From positions 1 through 64,000 of the IMG/VR virus record IMGVR_UViG_3300045988_113203: a DNA stretch of 64,000 nt; one strand, given 5' to 3'. Source of the stretch: a virus. Position numbers and translations under genes: made by a program. Positions within the stretch are counted from its first letter, which is position 1. Every line of letters starts with the position of its first letter. The notes beneath the pieces are model-generated. The model made no database searches. It worked only from the letters and a program-made list of their open reading frames with translations, and had not been told where the DNA came from. Shown here in pieces: positions 37,198-47,372 of the stretch.

Positions 37198-37755
37198 ATG
37201 GAAAAGATGGATGATAATACTAAAAATATCCTTTATCCAAAAGGATCTATTTTTCGCATATTAAAAGATGATATAATCAGTGCCGAATTTAAAATAGCCA
37301 AAGGAGCTATAGCGGAGGCAGTATCAGACATAGAAGTAAATGATAAATATGCTGAGGTTTGTTGTAATGGGGAGACGTTCGTCATAGAAACGGATATTAT
37401 GGATATTATTCTTACCAAAGACCCCATAGGAAACAAATCGGTGAAAAATGACATCATTGATGATAAACTACGATGGGATTTGCTTCCGATGGAAGAGATT
37501 GAGGACATTGTAAAAGTCTATCATGCCGGAGCCAAGAAATATGGGCCTAATACTTGGCAGAATCTTGACAATGGCATTGAACGGTACCGTGCTGCGATGT
37601 TTCGACACCTAATGGAATACATGAAAGGGGAAAGAGTGGATTCCGATACAGGATGTTTTCATCTTGCACAATGCGCATGGAACTGTATAGCTATGCTGTG
37701 GTATGACAAGCACGGGAAAGGATTAATACCATTAAATAAGGAGGAAAAGAAATGA
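37198..37755 (+). CDS. Hypothetical conserved phage protein (185 aa). The motif RWDLLP...HAGAKKYGPNTW suggests a nucleotide-pyrophosphohydrolase-associated N-terminal domain (tentative).
   Basis: Motif recollection only. Confidence 0.45.
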   Translation: MEKMDDNTKNILYPKGSIFRILKDDIISAEFKIAKGAIAEAVSDIEVNDKYAEVCCNGETFVIETDIMDIILTKDPIGNKSVKNDIIDDKLRWDLLPMEEIEDIVKVYHAGAKKYGPNTWQNLDNGIERYRAAMFRHLMEYMKGERVDSDTGCFHLAQCAWNCIAMLWYDKHGKGLIPLNKEEKK

Positions 37756-38060
37756 CAAAAGAACAAATGATTCAACTGTTAGACGACGAGTTTGAAGCAA
37801 TGGACAAACACAGAAGTAATATTGAAAGAATTAAAAAGGATTATTTCGATTCTGTTTATGGATTCAAGAAGGGAGATAAGGTAAGCGTTCTTTACAAACG
37901 TTCGAAAGTACCTCTTGTTGGTTTCTTCAAGAGCGTTCAAATCATGAGTACTGGAACAGTTATATTTATAATCCAGGAAGTTAATAAAGAAGGAAGACCT
38001 GGAAGAGGATCTTATTTGGTGTATGAAGGCGATTTGAGTGAAATCAAAAAAGTAGAATAA
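37752..38060 (+). CDS. Hypothetical protein (102 aa)
   Basis: ORF with an ATGA overlap. Confidence 0.5.
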   Translation: MTKEQMIQLLDDEFEAMDKHRSNIERIKKDYFDSVYGFKKGDKVSVLYKRSKVPLVGFFKSVQIMSTGTVIFIIQEVNKEGRPGRGSYLVYEGDLSEIKKVE

Positions 38061-38061
38061 C

Positions 38062-38592
38062 ATGATCAGAGCAAGATTTTACATTAGAAAGGATGACTGT
38101 GACAATGATTACCGTCCAGTCAAATGGTCTATAAAATATCCATATTGGTGTAGTGCAGAATCCAGTAATTCATTTGTATTGGTAGCGTATGCTGAAGATG
38201 AAGACAGCATAAAAGAACTGTGGCCGGAGGCGTATGATATTAATGTCTTAGAGAAAGATACCGAAATTAGATTCACATTAAGATTCCCTAAGCCGGAATG
38301 GTATGAATTGTACGAAAGGGAATTAGAAGAATGTGATAGATTTATATGGGTTACGGATGCGTGCCTGAGAGACGGTATAATAAGAAAAGTAAAAGCTAAA
38401 ATAGAAGAGTATGGTGGTCTTTTGTTAGCCGACATCCCTGATAGGTTCACTCCTTATGAAATAGGAATGGATGCTTTTGAGAGCAAAGAAGAAGCTTTAA
38501 AACATGCAGAGGAACGGAGAGCGCACCTGATCGAATCTATTAAGAAAAAATTGAATGAACTTGAAAATCTAAAATTTGAATGCGATGATTAA
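38062..38592 (+). CDS. Hypothetical protein (176 aa)
   Basis: ORF. Confidence 0.5.
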   Translation: MIRARFYIRKDDCDNDYRPVKWSIKYPYWCSAESSNSFVLVAYAEDEDSIKELWPEAYDINVLEKDTEIRFTLRFPKPEWYELYERELEECDRFIWVTDACLRDGIIRKVKAKIEEYGGLLLADIPDRFTPYEIGMDAFESKEEALKHAEERRAHLIESIKKKLNELENLKFECDD

Positions 38593-39298
38593 TTACGCAG
38601 CAAAAGCCAGAAAAGCTTATTTGATAAATAATTTCGATAAGATTCTTAACAGTCTTAACACGCTTCATTCGACGGTTGAGACCATGACGTTGTTCGTAAA
38701 CGACCAGGCTTATAATTACATTCTTAAGCTGAAGGGAGTGGTTAAAGGCGGTCCTATGTACAGACATAATGTTAAGCGTTTTTTTAATGAGATGGACAAA
38801 GAGATAAAGAGGTACAATGCTTCTATCTACTACATAAACAAAGAACGTAGTGAGGTTATTGCTGACATAACACAGGTTATGGAAGACTGTCTCATGCCAT
38901 ACATAGACGACCTGGCCGGCGCCATCAAGTCTGGCGTGTCGTCGAAGGGTCTGTCGGAGGAGCGGACGGAGGTGGCGGTGCTGTCCCTAATCGTATCCTC
39001 CTTGGCTACGACATCAGGCAGACTTATTTCAGGTGGATATCAGATCATGAAAGAAATGGGTGGTGGTCAAGGTGGTAACCCATTTACGTTTATGAGCATT
39101 GATAAGATAAGACACTTATCTACATCATTATCTGATGCTATTACCGGTGGAGAGATTGCTCTTGAAGAAAAAGAAGCCAATGACATAACTAAGGCAATGG
39201 ATGTTTTTATTGAGAAAATGTCTGATTCGGATATTGTTGATAAGGTGATCAGCATACTCGAAGAAGCAGAATCTAAAAATAAGGAGGAGCGATCGTGA
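38576..39298 (+). CDS. Hypothetical protein (240 aa) with an internal GC-rich island (38900-39000)
   Basis: ORF. Confidence 0.5.
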   Translation: MNAMINYAAKARKAYLINNFDKILNSLNTLHSTVETMTLFVNDQAYNYILKLKGVVKGGPMYRHNVKRFFNEMDKEIKRYNASIYYINKERSEVIADITQVMEDCLMPYIDDLAGAIKSGVSSKGLSEERTEVAVLSLIVSSLATTSGRLISGGYQIMKEMGGGQGGNPFTFMSIDKIRHLSTSLSDAITGGEIALEEKEANDITKAMDVFIEKMSDSDIVDKVISILEEAESKNKEERS

Positions 39299-39486
39299 AT
39301 TATTTGGATGGATATGTAGAAGAGGTTCTTTCCGAGCCGTATTATGATGATTACGGATCGGGAATTTTCAGGTGGTGGGTAAAAGTATCTTACGTTTGTG
39401 AAGGCATAAGAGCTGTCACTACCTTAATGTTTGATACAAAAGAAGAAGCAGAGGCAGTAAAACCAGGTTACAAATTTTTATGTTGA
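39295..39486 (+). CDS. Hypothetical protein (63 aa)
   Basis: ORF with an ATGA overlap. Last gene of the + strand block. Confidence 0.45.
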   Translation: MNYLDGYVEEVLSEPYYDDYGSGIFRWWVKVSYVCEGIRAVTTLMFDTKEEAEAVKPGYKFLC

Positions 39487-39509
39487 AAATAATATGAGAT
39501 ATTTTGTTT

Positions 39510-39525
39510 GTTGTATATAATCACC
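39510..39525 (+). promoter_or_regulatory. Second exact copy of the 16-mer GTTGTATATAATCACC
   Basis: Identical to 14275-14290. Sits 20 nt upstream of the convergent terminator hairpin. Confidence 0.3.
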
Positions 39526-39547
39526 TTTTTTTTCATAACAAAAGAAA

Positions 39548-39579
39548 CCGGTTCTCTATCATCTCTGACTGAGAACCGG
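39548..39579. terminator. Convergent (bidirectional) terminator hairpin CCGGTTCTC-(14-nt loop)-GAGAACCGG, flanked by T-run and A-run tracts, between the + strand block and the - strand block
   Basis: 9-bp perfect stem. A T-run lies on the + strand upstream and an A-run downstream, which is a U-run for the - strand. Confidence 0.6.
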
Positions 39580-39715
39580 CAAGAAAACAATTTCAAAAAA
39601 AATTAAACCTACATAATCTTTCAAGTAAGAACAAAAACGTACAATCTACTCTTTGACAATGCTAAGATAGTATATTGAAATCATACCAAAACAATGCAAG
39701 CCCAATATTCTTCGT

Positions 39716-42700
39716 CTACTTGTAGCTAACATCATCGTCTCCTTCCGAATCAGGAGTGGCGCCGATGAAGAACATCATTGACTTGTTGTTTGTCTGCTGC
39801 CACCAATTATAGGCGCGCGCTATGTCTTCCGGCGTCTTGATATTATACCATTGTTTGATAAACGTCTGTTTGGCGAGTTGCCTAAATAACTTAAACTCTC
39901 CTTTGTATGTACCGGATGTTACTTTATCAAGTGAGTAGTTCCTAAGATCGGTAAGATCCTTAAGTTTCCGTCCCATAACAAATGGGTCGTTAATGATATC
40001 AACCACGTTAAGCTCCATAATAAATGGCATCTGTGAAGCTATTTCGTTTATGGTTCTGAATCCGACGTAGGATCCGAATTGAGTAAGCCAACTTTCCTCG
40101 TTTTCATCATCATCACGCCACCCGGCAAGAAGCATAGATACGGCTTGCATGATAAGGAACGTGCCGGCATAGACACTGAGACGTTTTAGATTGGTTTTCT
40201 CTACCTCATTCATATTGTCTTTATTTTCGTTCCAGGCATCTATGATGTTTTTCATACCAGACTCGGAAGCTAAGCTAAATGTTTTGGCTATCATATTCTT
40301 TAACGTAATTGACAGTCCTTCCTCTTCTTGCATTGTCTGGAAATTGAAGCCACGTCTTTTCCACAGACGTTGAGCCGCCAGCACCAACCAGCCTCGGTGG
40401 GCGGTCATGAACCTGGCTATCCAGTTGCGCGATGCGGCAGTTCGATTTTCTTCATTCAAAGATCCGTTACATATCTGCGACAAGCTACGGACTTGATTCC
40501 TGGTTATAGCCATCTGGGTTTCAACTTCCTCAACAGTAACACCCGATCCCGGCTTTACAACCACCTTTCCATCCACGACGTCTACCATACTCCATAAAGT
40601 ACGATCTTTTAATGCGTTCCATTCTCTTTTTATGGTACTCTGTTCTTTATTGCGTTCTTTTTCCATCTTGAAATCTTGGAACGTGTAGAACCGGCCTTTA
40701 TAGTATCGCACGTTATCCATCGTAGCGATCATAACCTGCGGATCAAGAGGGTAGTTCAGGATTTCCATAAAAACATACATAGGTGAACGCATTAAAGTCC
40801 TGGCCACTCTATTGTATCCGGCACCATACATACGATTTCGGATATTGAATATTCCCATCCTCTCACCTATGACATATAATTTACTTTTTCTATCTATGTC
40901 TCCGATTTCTGCTATACAAGATGGCGCAAGACGTGAAAACTCAGCCGATGCGTATTTAAGGGAATCTTTGCTTATATACTGTCCTACGGCAGATTCCATG
41001 ATGAGGTTAATATGACCTGTTAAGGCGCCGGTAGCTGCCACAAACGGGGACAGCGCCAGGTTCATGACCGACATAAATCTTTCAACGGCCATCATTATCC
41101 TGGTAAGGTCTACTGTGTATCCTCCGATGTTCACCGTAAGTTTTTTGGTGTTCATCCTAATGCCATAATAATGATCGTTGAAGAAGTCTCTAAACATCTG
41201 ATATGCTTGAGTCGCTTCAGCTTTCTTCCCGCCTTCAAATTGCTTATTCAGTAACATCTGCTCCAGTCCTTGAGCGAGCTCTATAGACTTCTGCTTTTCG
41301 TTGTATAACGATGACTGCATCATAAGCATCGAATAAGAGTAGCCAAAATCGTGAGATACGTCATCTTGGTTCTCTAATTCATATATGTAGTATTTAGGTA
41401 TGGACCGAACCCTATCTTCCGGATCATATACCTCACCCTGGCGTGTTTTACCATACAGGGAGTCATCTACGCGGTCAAGACATAAGTCGGATACGAAGTT
41501 CCTGACCGTACTTTTAAGGCTGATACCTAACCCTTCTATACGTTCTATATCTTGTTTGGATATCTGTGGAATAGCATACAGGTTCGGGCTCTGCTCTTTG
41601 TATAGATCAAGGGATTGTCTTTTTATTTCCTTGAGTTTTTGAATCATATTCCACTGCTCTACGTTTTTGGTAGCAACTTCATTACCGTCAGCATCATACT
41701 TAATGCCGAAGTCGTTGAAATACGATTCATCACGATACAGGCTCTTCTTGGGCATACGATGACCATACCCATGATCTTTTACATAATCAGGGTTACGACC
41801 GCTATTTTCGGCCTCAGATTCAGCCACCCACGCTCTTGCAGGGTCGAAAGACAGGTACGATATGTCCATGCCATAATCTTGAGTGGATGTACCGTTTTGT
41901 ACGTCCTTAACCATCTGCGCTACATCTATCTCACCTCGACCAATTTTGTCGATCATAGCCGCGTATCCGGTAGGTGCCATGCGTTTATAGTACGAAAAGA
42001 CCTGGCTCCTGGCAAATTCATTAACGATCGCATTAGCTTCTTCTACACCCTCTTCTCTTGTGTTATTTAAAAACAAGCTGGCCATCTTAGCATTGACAGC
42101 ATTCTTAAAATCTCTACCGTTTAATTCTTTGCTTATACCAAGCTTTTCTGACAGGTAGTTGGTTTCAGATACGGTAAACAAATACCGGTTATCAGCAGCC
42201 TTAAACAGCTTATCCCTTAAAGCCTGAATCCTTTTTGCTTTCTTCGCCGTAGTATGACGTTGTACGAACTTCCATTCCACTTCCTTGGAGTCAGCAAGAG
42301 CATTTAAATAAGACTGATTTACTTCGTTTTCAGCCTTACTGCTTTTAGTAAGGTACTTATCAATATCTTCAAGACCCACCATCTTAGCATAATCTATCAA
42401 AATAGCGTAATCGGCTTCAATAGCTTCGGATGCAGCCCTAAAAGCATCTCTTTCGGATGAGGTAAATGTCGCTTCATTAATTTCTCCGATATCAGCCACA
42501 TCGCGGTTGTTGCCGATTATTTCCTTGATAATGGCCTTATTTTTTTCTATATCTTTTACAATCGAATCCACGTCAGTCGCATCTCTATCACTTGTCGTAG
42601 AACTAATGATATCATGCGCCATTTTGAGATACGAAGCCTTGTTATTTGATTCGGTGCGCGCCGACTGTTCCGATTCTATATCATTCCAAAACCGATCGTT

Positions 42701-45700
42701 AAATGACAGGTGACCTCCCAACATAAGCGTCTTCAGCGCAGCTTCTCCTCCAGACTCATGCTGAATCGTTCTCAATTTTTGCAAAAACGATTCTGATACA
42801 GTATTAGTAGCATTATTTGATTCTTTTCTCCAAACTTCATTTATGGCTTGTATTTCTTTAGCCATCTTAAGCTGGTCTCCGGTTTTTTCAACACGTCTGG
42901 TACCAACATATATGTATTCCGAAGCTGCTTCCTTACGTTGTTTACGAAGCAGTCCTTCTTCTTCGTAGTTACTACTCTTATAGTAGGCAACCTCATCAAA
43001 ATTACCACCGCTATCAATAAAAGGCTGCCTCAATATCCGTTTTTGCCGGGAAAGAGCATTAAGATACTCTTTAGTTGTTTGAGAAACCGGATATCCTAAT
43101 TCTTCTTCAGCCTTTTTGTATATGGATTCCATTCTTGTGGCATAACTTTCGCTAAATTCCAGTTCCGAATTTTCAGCATCCCACTTTTCCATCTGTTCTG
43201 TATAGATCTTTTCCTGCTCGATGGTAAAAATATCGGTATTAACCCTATCAGACGATGGTTTGAATTTAGCGTTTTCAGTAACCGTATTTCCATCCTTGTC
43301 AACTACTTCTCTTTTAAATACGTAATTACGGTTATTGTCAACCACATCATTTATTTCTTCTTCTGATATCTCTATGTTCATGGCAGTCGCAAACGCTCGC
43401 ATCTGCGCCAGCTTCTTATTACGATCGTATTTAGCCATATCAAGAGCACTACGAAGGTAATTAGAAGTTTTGCCGTCTACTTTCTGAAGCAGTTTTTCAA
43501 ATTCAGATTTGTTAAAACCATGCTTTTTAGCATATGCCAGGAAGTCGGATATGGCGGGCTGGGCATTCACCATCGCATTGTAATTGTCTTTTGCAATCAT
43601 AGCTCCAAGAGCGTTATTGAACGGACTGGAAGAATGCTCTAATATACCGAACCACCTACTTATCCAAGAAACATCGTGTTGAACCTTGTCAAAAAATTCT
43701 TTTACTCTCTTTACCTTATCTGCCGGCACATGAAGTTCGTTCATTAACTTATCAAGCAACGTACTTTCATCAAGGTCTTGTACTGATTTAATATCAGACT
43801 GAATACCATTGATGTCGGCAATGACGGTATTGATCCTATTTGTATAATCCTGCTTTTCACGTTCATCAAATTCGGTACTTCTGTTACGGATATATCCTCG
43901 AAGATCGCTCATGATCGGAAGAACCTGATTGTTGATAATATCTACGTTCTTTCGATCATTGGTATTGAAGTGAAGCTTACCGTCTTTGGTATCACCATGA
44001 AGGATGGTGTTTACCACATTACTTAAGTATCTGACCTGAGCTTCGGCTGTGGAGATCATGCTGTTCATGGCAGCCGCCATCTCATTCTTGTCTATTTCGG
44101 TCTCTACCTTATTTATCTTATCTTCTATGGTCTTAAGCTGAGCAAGGGTCATAGACGTAGTTACAGCCCTATCAGAGCTTATCTGACGTAAGTCTCTTAA
44201 TGTTTTTCTCAATGCCCGGATCTTAGACTCAAGAAACTTGTTCTTGTTCATAGAAGAAAGGGAGTATAATGTAAAGTCATTATCCTTTAACAGAGAGGTG
44301 TCAAATCCTTTATCTATGTCAGTAATGGCAAGATCACGAATGCTTTTAATAACGTTATTCAAATCTTGTCTTTGGGTTGATAAAGCTGATTTAAGCCAGC
44401 TTACTATTCCAGAAAGAAGCTGCCGGACGCGCCCCAGGAAGGAGGTGGGCTCTACCGGCGCCTGTGCTGTGCCGGTCTGCATCTCCCTGGCGAGGATCTT
44501 TCCAAGAATTTCCCTCCTAACAGCATTATCAAGCTCGGCTCCTTCATATACTTTACCGTATGTATTATAATACTGACCTGCATACTGGTTCCACTCTTCT
44601 GTGCCTTCTACATCTTGCAGAACAGCCTCAACAGCATTCTGATCTCTGTATGCCTCTACAAGGAAGTGGGCTGTTTCTTCTACTAAATCAGATAAAGTAG
44701 CATCTTCACCAACTGCTATTACGTTATTGGCAATATCCGCCAATGCCTTAGCAGAAGGTTCGTGCCCGTATTTGGTTTGATACTTCTCTATATAATCGGT
44801 CATACCTATGACACTAACGCCCAACGTTTTCAGTATCTCGACAATAGAATTTCGTTGATCACGTTCCTGCCTGCTATAATCTGATACGATCTTAGCTTTA
44901 GTATCAGCATAAAGATCGTTGTTTTCTAATATGAACGAAACTACAAGCGCATCAAAATGATCGTACTTAGCATCCAATTCATTGTATCTTCCAGACTTGA
45001 GATCGTTCTTTATCTGTTCCCTACTAACCCTTTCCGTCCCTCCGGTAGCGAGTCTCATAGTTACCTTACTATTATCCAACGAGCTTATGGTTATCATACC
45101 CTGGTCGTTCATGGAAACATCGGAACCAAAATGATTACGGAGCTCGGTGTAGGATAAGGCTGAATTGAAAAGTCTAATTTGTCCTGTATGCCCTTCTCCT
45201 GTAAGATAATAGCTTCTTGTTTCCGAATCGAATATCTTAGATCCTGATAAAAGACCTTTCTTTATAAGGTAGTTAATTATCCCACCTTTCGTTGATAAAG
45301 AAGTAGAAGCAGAAGCGGTCATGACCGGTATAAAAGACTTGGGATTATTAAGAACATACTTTCCAGCCTTGTAAGTAATGTCTGCCACGCCATCTACGGT
45401 AGATTCTTGAACGGTGCCGGATAAGAATCCTATTCTAATATCATTCCCGCCAGAGCGAAGAGCTTCTCCGTAATCTTCAAATAATTGACTACGATCGTTC
45501 ATGAAAAACAAACGAGGCTCTCCGGTCTGATACGTTACACCCACAGGATTAGAATCTGTTTCTGGTAACTCTTCTGGGCTAAATATCTTAAGACCGTCTT
45601 TTATAACCATATAATTAACACCCTTATCCTGTACCATAAATACGGGAGTAAAGTCCGAAGATATAGCATCTTGTAGATACTGTCCGGCGTCTATTCCAGG

Positions 45701-46138
45701 TCCTTCCGGTACGGAAATACTTGACGGAACCATAGCATCCACCAACATAATATTATCACCCAGATCTTGGCTATAGAATCCGAAGCCTGATTCTTGAATC
45801 CCATAAGGTGCATCTGATTTTGATACAAGAACAGGATTACTCATCTTAGAAGCCTTATCCAGCACCCTTTCTCTATGAGCTTCCGGAATAAGATAGATGT
45901 TGGATTTCACCTTATTGTAGGCCTGTTTATTGATAGGCACTCTCTTTCTCCAGTCGCCAAAAGCCTTTAAGAACTTATTAGAAAATACGGTTTTAAAAAC
46001 AGTAGTAGCCCGCTCCCTATTTTCCATAAGAGGAATAGATGCTATTTTATCAAACAACATAGACCTGTCCCCTGATCTGGTAGAGACAGAAACAACTTTC
46101 TTTTTATTATCTCTTTTAATAATACACGTTGACGCCAT
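39716..46138 (-). CDS. Giant protein (2140 aa) of unknown function. Likely a virion, tail or ejected-cargo class protein by size and position. No enzymatic motif recognised.
   Basis: Uninterrupted 6.4-kb ORF. Only shadow ORFs on the other strand. Confidence 0.8.
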   Translation of the reverse strand: MASTCIIKRDNKKKVVSVSTRSGDRSMLFDKIASIPLMENRERATTVFKTVFSNKFLKAFGDWRKRVPINKQAYNKVKSNIYLIPEAHRERVLDKASKMSNPVLVSKSDAPYGIQESGFGFYSQDLGDNIMLVDAMVPSSISVPEGPGIDAGQYLQDAISSDFTPVFMVQDKGVNYMVIKDGLKIFSPEELPETDSNPVGVTYQTGEPRLFFMNDRSQLFEDYGEALRSGGNDIRIGFLSGTVQESTVDGVADITYKAGKYVLNNPKSFIPVMTASASTSLSTKGGIINYLIKKGLLSGSKIFDSETRSYYLTGEGHTGQIRLFNSALSYTELRNHFGSDVSMNDQGMITISSLDNSKVTMRLATGGTERVSREQIKNDLKSGRYNELDAKYDHFDALVVSFILENNDLYADTKAKIVSDYSRQERDQRNSIVEILKTLGVSVIGMTDYIEKYQTKYGHEPSAKALADIANNVIAVGEDATLSDLVEETAHFLVEAYRDQNAVEAVLQDVEGTEEWNQYAGQYYNTYGKVYEGAELDNAVRREILGKILAREMQTGTAQAPVEPTSFLGRVRQLLSGIVSWLKSALSTQRQDLNNVIKSIRDLAITDIDKGFDTSLLKDNDFTLYSLSSMNKNKFLESKIRALRKTLRDLRQISSDRAVTTSMTLAQLKTIEDKINKVETEIDKNEMAAAMNSMISTAEAQVRYLSNVVNTILHGDTKDGKLHFNTNDRKNVDIINNQVLPIMSDLRGYIRNRSTEFDEREKQDYTNRINTVIADINGIQSDIKSVQDLDESTLLDKLMNELHVPADKVKRVKEFFDKVQHDVSWISRWFGILEHSSSPFNNALGAMIAKDNYNAMVNAQPAISDFLAYAKKHGFNKSEFEKLLQKVDGKTSNYLRSALDMAKYDRNKKLAQMRAFATAMNIEISEEEINDVVDNNRNYVFKREVVDKDGNTVTENAKFKPSSDRVNTDIFTIEQEKIYTEQMEKWDAENSELEFSESYATRMESIYKKAEEELGYPVSQTTKEYLNALSRQKRILRQPFIDSGGNFDEVAYYKSSNYEEEGLLRKQRKEAASEYIYVGTRRVEKTGDQLKMAKEIQAINEVWRKESNNATNTVSESFLQKLRTIQHESGGEAALKTLMLGGHLSFNDRFWNDIESEQSARTESNNKASYLKMAHDIISSTTSDRDATDVDSIVKDIEKNKAIIKEIIGNNRDVADIGEINEATFTSSERDAFRAASEAIEADYAILIDYAKMVGLEDIDKYLTKSSKAENEVNQSYLNALADSKEVEWKFVQRHTTAKKAKRIQALRDKLFKAADNRYLFTVSETNYLSEKLGISKELNGRDFKNAVNAKMASLFLNNTREEGVEEANAIVNEFARSQVFSYYKRMAPTGYAAMIDKIGRGEIDVAQMVKDVQNGTSTQDYGMDISYLSFDPARAWVAESEAENSGRNPDYVKDHGYGHRMPKKSLYRDESYFNDFGIKYDADGNEVATKNVEQWNMIQKLKEIKRQSLDLYKEQSPNLYAIPQISKQDIERIEGLGISLKSTVRNFVSDLCLDRVDDSLYGKTRQGEVYDPEDRVRSIPKYYIYELENQDDVSHDFGYSYSMLMMQSSLYNEKQKSIELAQGLEQMLLNKQFEGGKKAEATQAYQMFRDFFNDHYYGIRMNTKKLTVNIGGYTVDLTRIMMAVERFMSVMNLALSPFVAATGALTGHINLIMESAVGQYISKDSLKYASAEFSRLAPSCIAEIGDIDRKSKLYVIGERMGIFNIRNRMYGAGYNRVARTLMRSPMYVFMEILNYPLDPQVMIATMDNVRYYKGRFYTFQDFKMEKERNKEQSTIKREWNALKDRTLWSMVDVVDGKVVVKPGSGVTVEEVETQMAITRNQVRSLSQICNGSLNEENRTAASRNWIARFMTAHRGWLVLAAQRLWKRRGFNFQTMQEEEGLSITLKNMIAKTFSLASESGMKNIIDAWNENKDNMNEVEKTNLKRLSVYAGTFLIMQAVSMLLAGWRDDDENEESWLTQFGSYVGFRTINEIASQMPFIMELNVVDIINDPFVMGRKLKDLTDLRNYSLDKVTSGTYKGEFKLFRQLAKQTFIKQWYNIKTPEDIARAYNWWQQTNNKSMMFFIGATPDSEGDDDVSYK

Positions 46139-46184
46139 AAGAATTTATTTTGTTTTGACACAAAGGTAATTAAAAATCAGGCAC

Positions 46185-46225
46185 ATGATAAAAACAAAGC
46201 CGTCTAACTTCCCAGTCTGACGGCT
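46185..46225 (-). terminator. Rho-independent terminator on the - strand. The stem AGCCGTC/GACGGCT is followed, when read on the - strand, by TTTGTTTTTAT.
   Basis: Read directly. Lies downstream of the - strand gene 46279-46635. Confidence 0.55.
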
Positions 46226-46278
46226 TAATATACATATGAAAAAATAATTATAATCTGACGTAAATCGTCAAGTTACGC

Positions 46279-46635
46279 TTACGCATTATATTTGTACCCA
46301 TTTCTATGAATAAACCTTCCTGATTCGAACCTTTCCACATCATCCGGTCCAATAGGTCCGCAGTCTTCCCTCCTTGCCTCATACCACAGCCCCGGCTTAC
46401 GGAGCCGGCAGGTTATGACGTATTTAAAGCAGTTGTGAGTAAAATGGAATACGGAGCCTACTGGGAAATACCTGGTAGTTTGAAACACTATTCTTTTTCG
46501 TTTAGTATCAAACACTATATCTCCTACTACCTTAGTCACGTAATAGCTTATGCCATTTAACGTTTCATCTGTTTGTGGTATCCAATAATAACCTTTTGCC
46601 ATGCCACAAATATACGAAAAAGTCGGATAACTCAC
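46279..46635 (-). CDS. Hypothetical protein (118 aa)
   Basis: ORF. Confidence 0.5.
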   Translation of the reverse strand: MSYPTFSYICGMAKGYYWIPQTDETLNGISYYVTKVVGDIVFDTKRKRIVFQTTRYFPVGSVFHFTHNCFKYVITCRLRKPGLWYEARREDCGPIGPDDVERFESGRFIHRNGYKYNA

Positions 46636-46952
46636 GTACCCGACTTCATTATTTGTTTAAACATACCAATTCCGTTTATTACAATATGACCGCTTCGCAT
46701 ACGACCATTATTATGATTGTGTAGAAAATTGAAACCACTTTCTTTTTCCTGTCTTTCAAAAGAACTAATATCCTTTCCTCTACGAGCTCTTCCAAAAGCT
46801 TTCTTGAACAACTTGCCTCTAAAGGTCTTGACGAGGATCTTGGTAGCGTTATTGCCGGCTCTTACCGTTACTTTCCTTGCCTGGTCTTCCGAGACAAAAC
46901 TGCTTCGGAAAATATACGATGCTGCTGCTTGTATGTCCTGCTTGGTAATCAT
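46632..46952 (-). CDS. Hypothetical basic protein (106 aa)
   Basis: ORF with 4-nt overlaps. Confidence 0.5.
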   Translation of the reverse strand: MITKQDIQAAASYIFRSSFVSEDQARKVTVRAGNNATKILVKTFRGKLFKKAFGRARRGKDISSFERQEKESGFNFLHNHNNGRMRSGHIVINGIGMFKQIMKSGT

Positions 46953-47299
46953 ATGATAAACATTTCTTTCAGAATACTGATCTTTATTCCGTATATCAAT
47001 TTCATCTCATCTCTATCATATACGTCAAAAAAGGATTCACTGGGGTCCTTTGGATTTACGTTCAATTGAATTATGCAATTACCAGTATAAACCTTAAGCC
47101 TATAATTATTGGAGTATACATCCTGCATGGTTTCAAATGTCTCAATTAAATTTTCAACAAGTGCTCTGTTAAATGAAAAAGATTCTTTACCATTACCTTT
47201 AAATGTGATATGATCTAAATTAATGTTGTCAAATTTATACTCTAACTGATTGCCGTCCATCATATTATAAGTGATTGACTTTTTGATTATAAATCCCAT
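46949..47299 (-). CDS. Hypothetical protein (116 aa)
   Basis: ORF. Confidence 0.5.
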   Translation of the reverse strand: MGFIIKKSITYNMMDGNQLEYKFDNINLDHITFKGNGKESFSFNRALVENLIETFETMQDVYSNNYRLKVYTGNCIIQLNVNPKDPSESFFDVYDRDEMKLIYGIKISILKEMFII

Positions 47300-47372
47300 A
47301 TTGTTTTATTTTTTTTAGTTAATACAAATGTTATTAAAATTACTCATTTTATTTATTAGATTCAACCTTGTA

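Noticed and set aside
40191-45157. Multiple + strand ORFs of 60-150 aa inside 39716-46138
   Set aside because: All are antisense to the uninterrupted 2140-aa ORF. Typical shadow ORFs.
39716-46138. Virion RNA polymerase assignment for the giant proteins
   Set aside because: A scan by eye for DxDGD or NADFDGD-type double-psi beta-barrel catalytic motifs found none (only YDADGNE). The assignment cannot be supported without profile searches.
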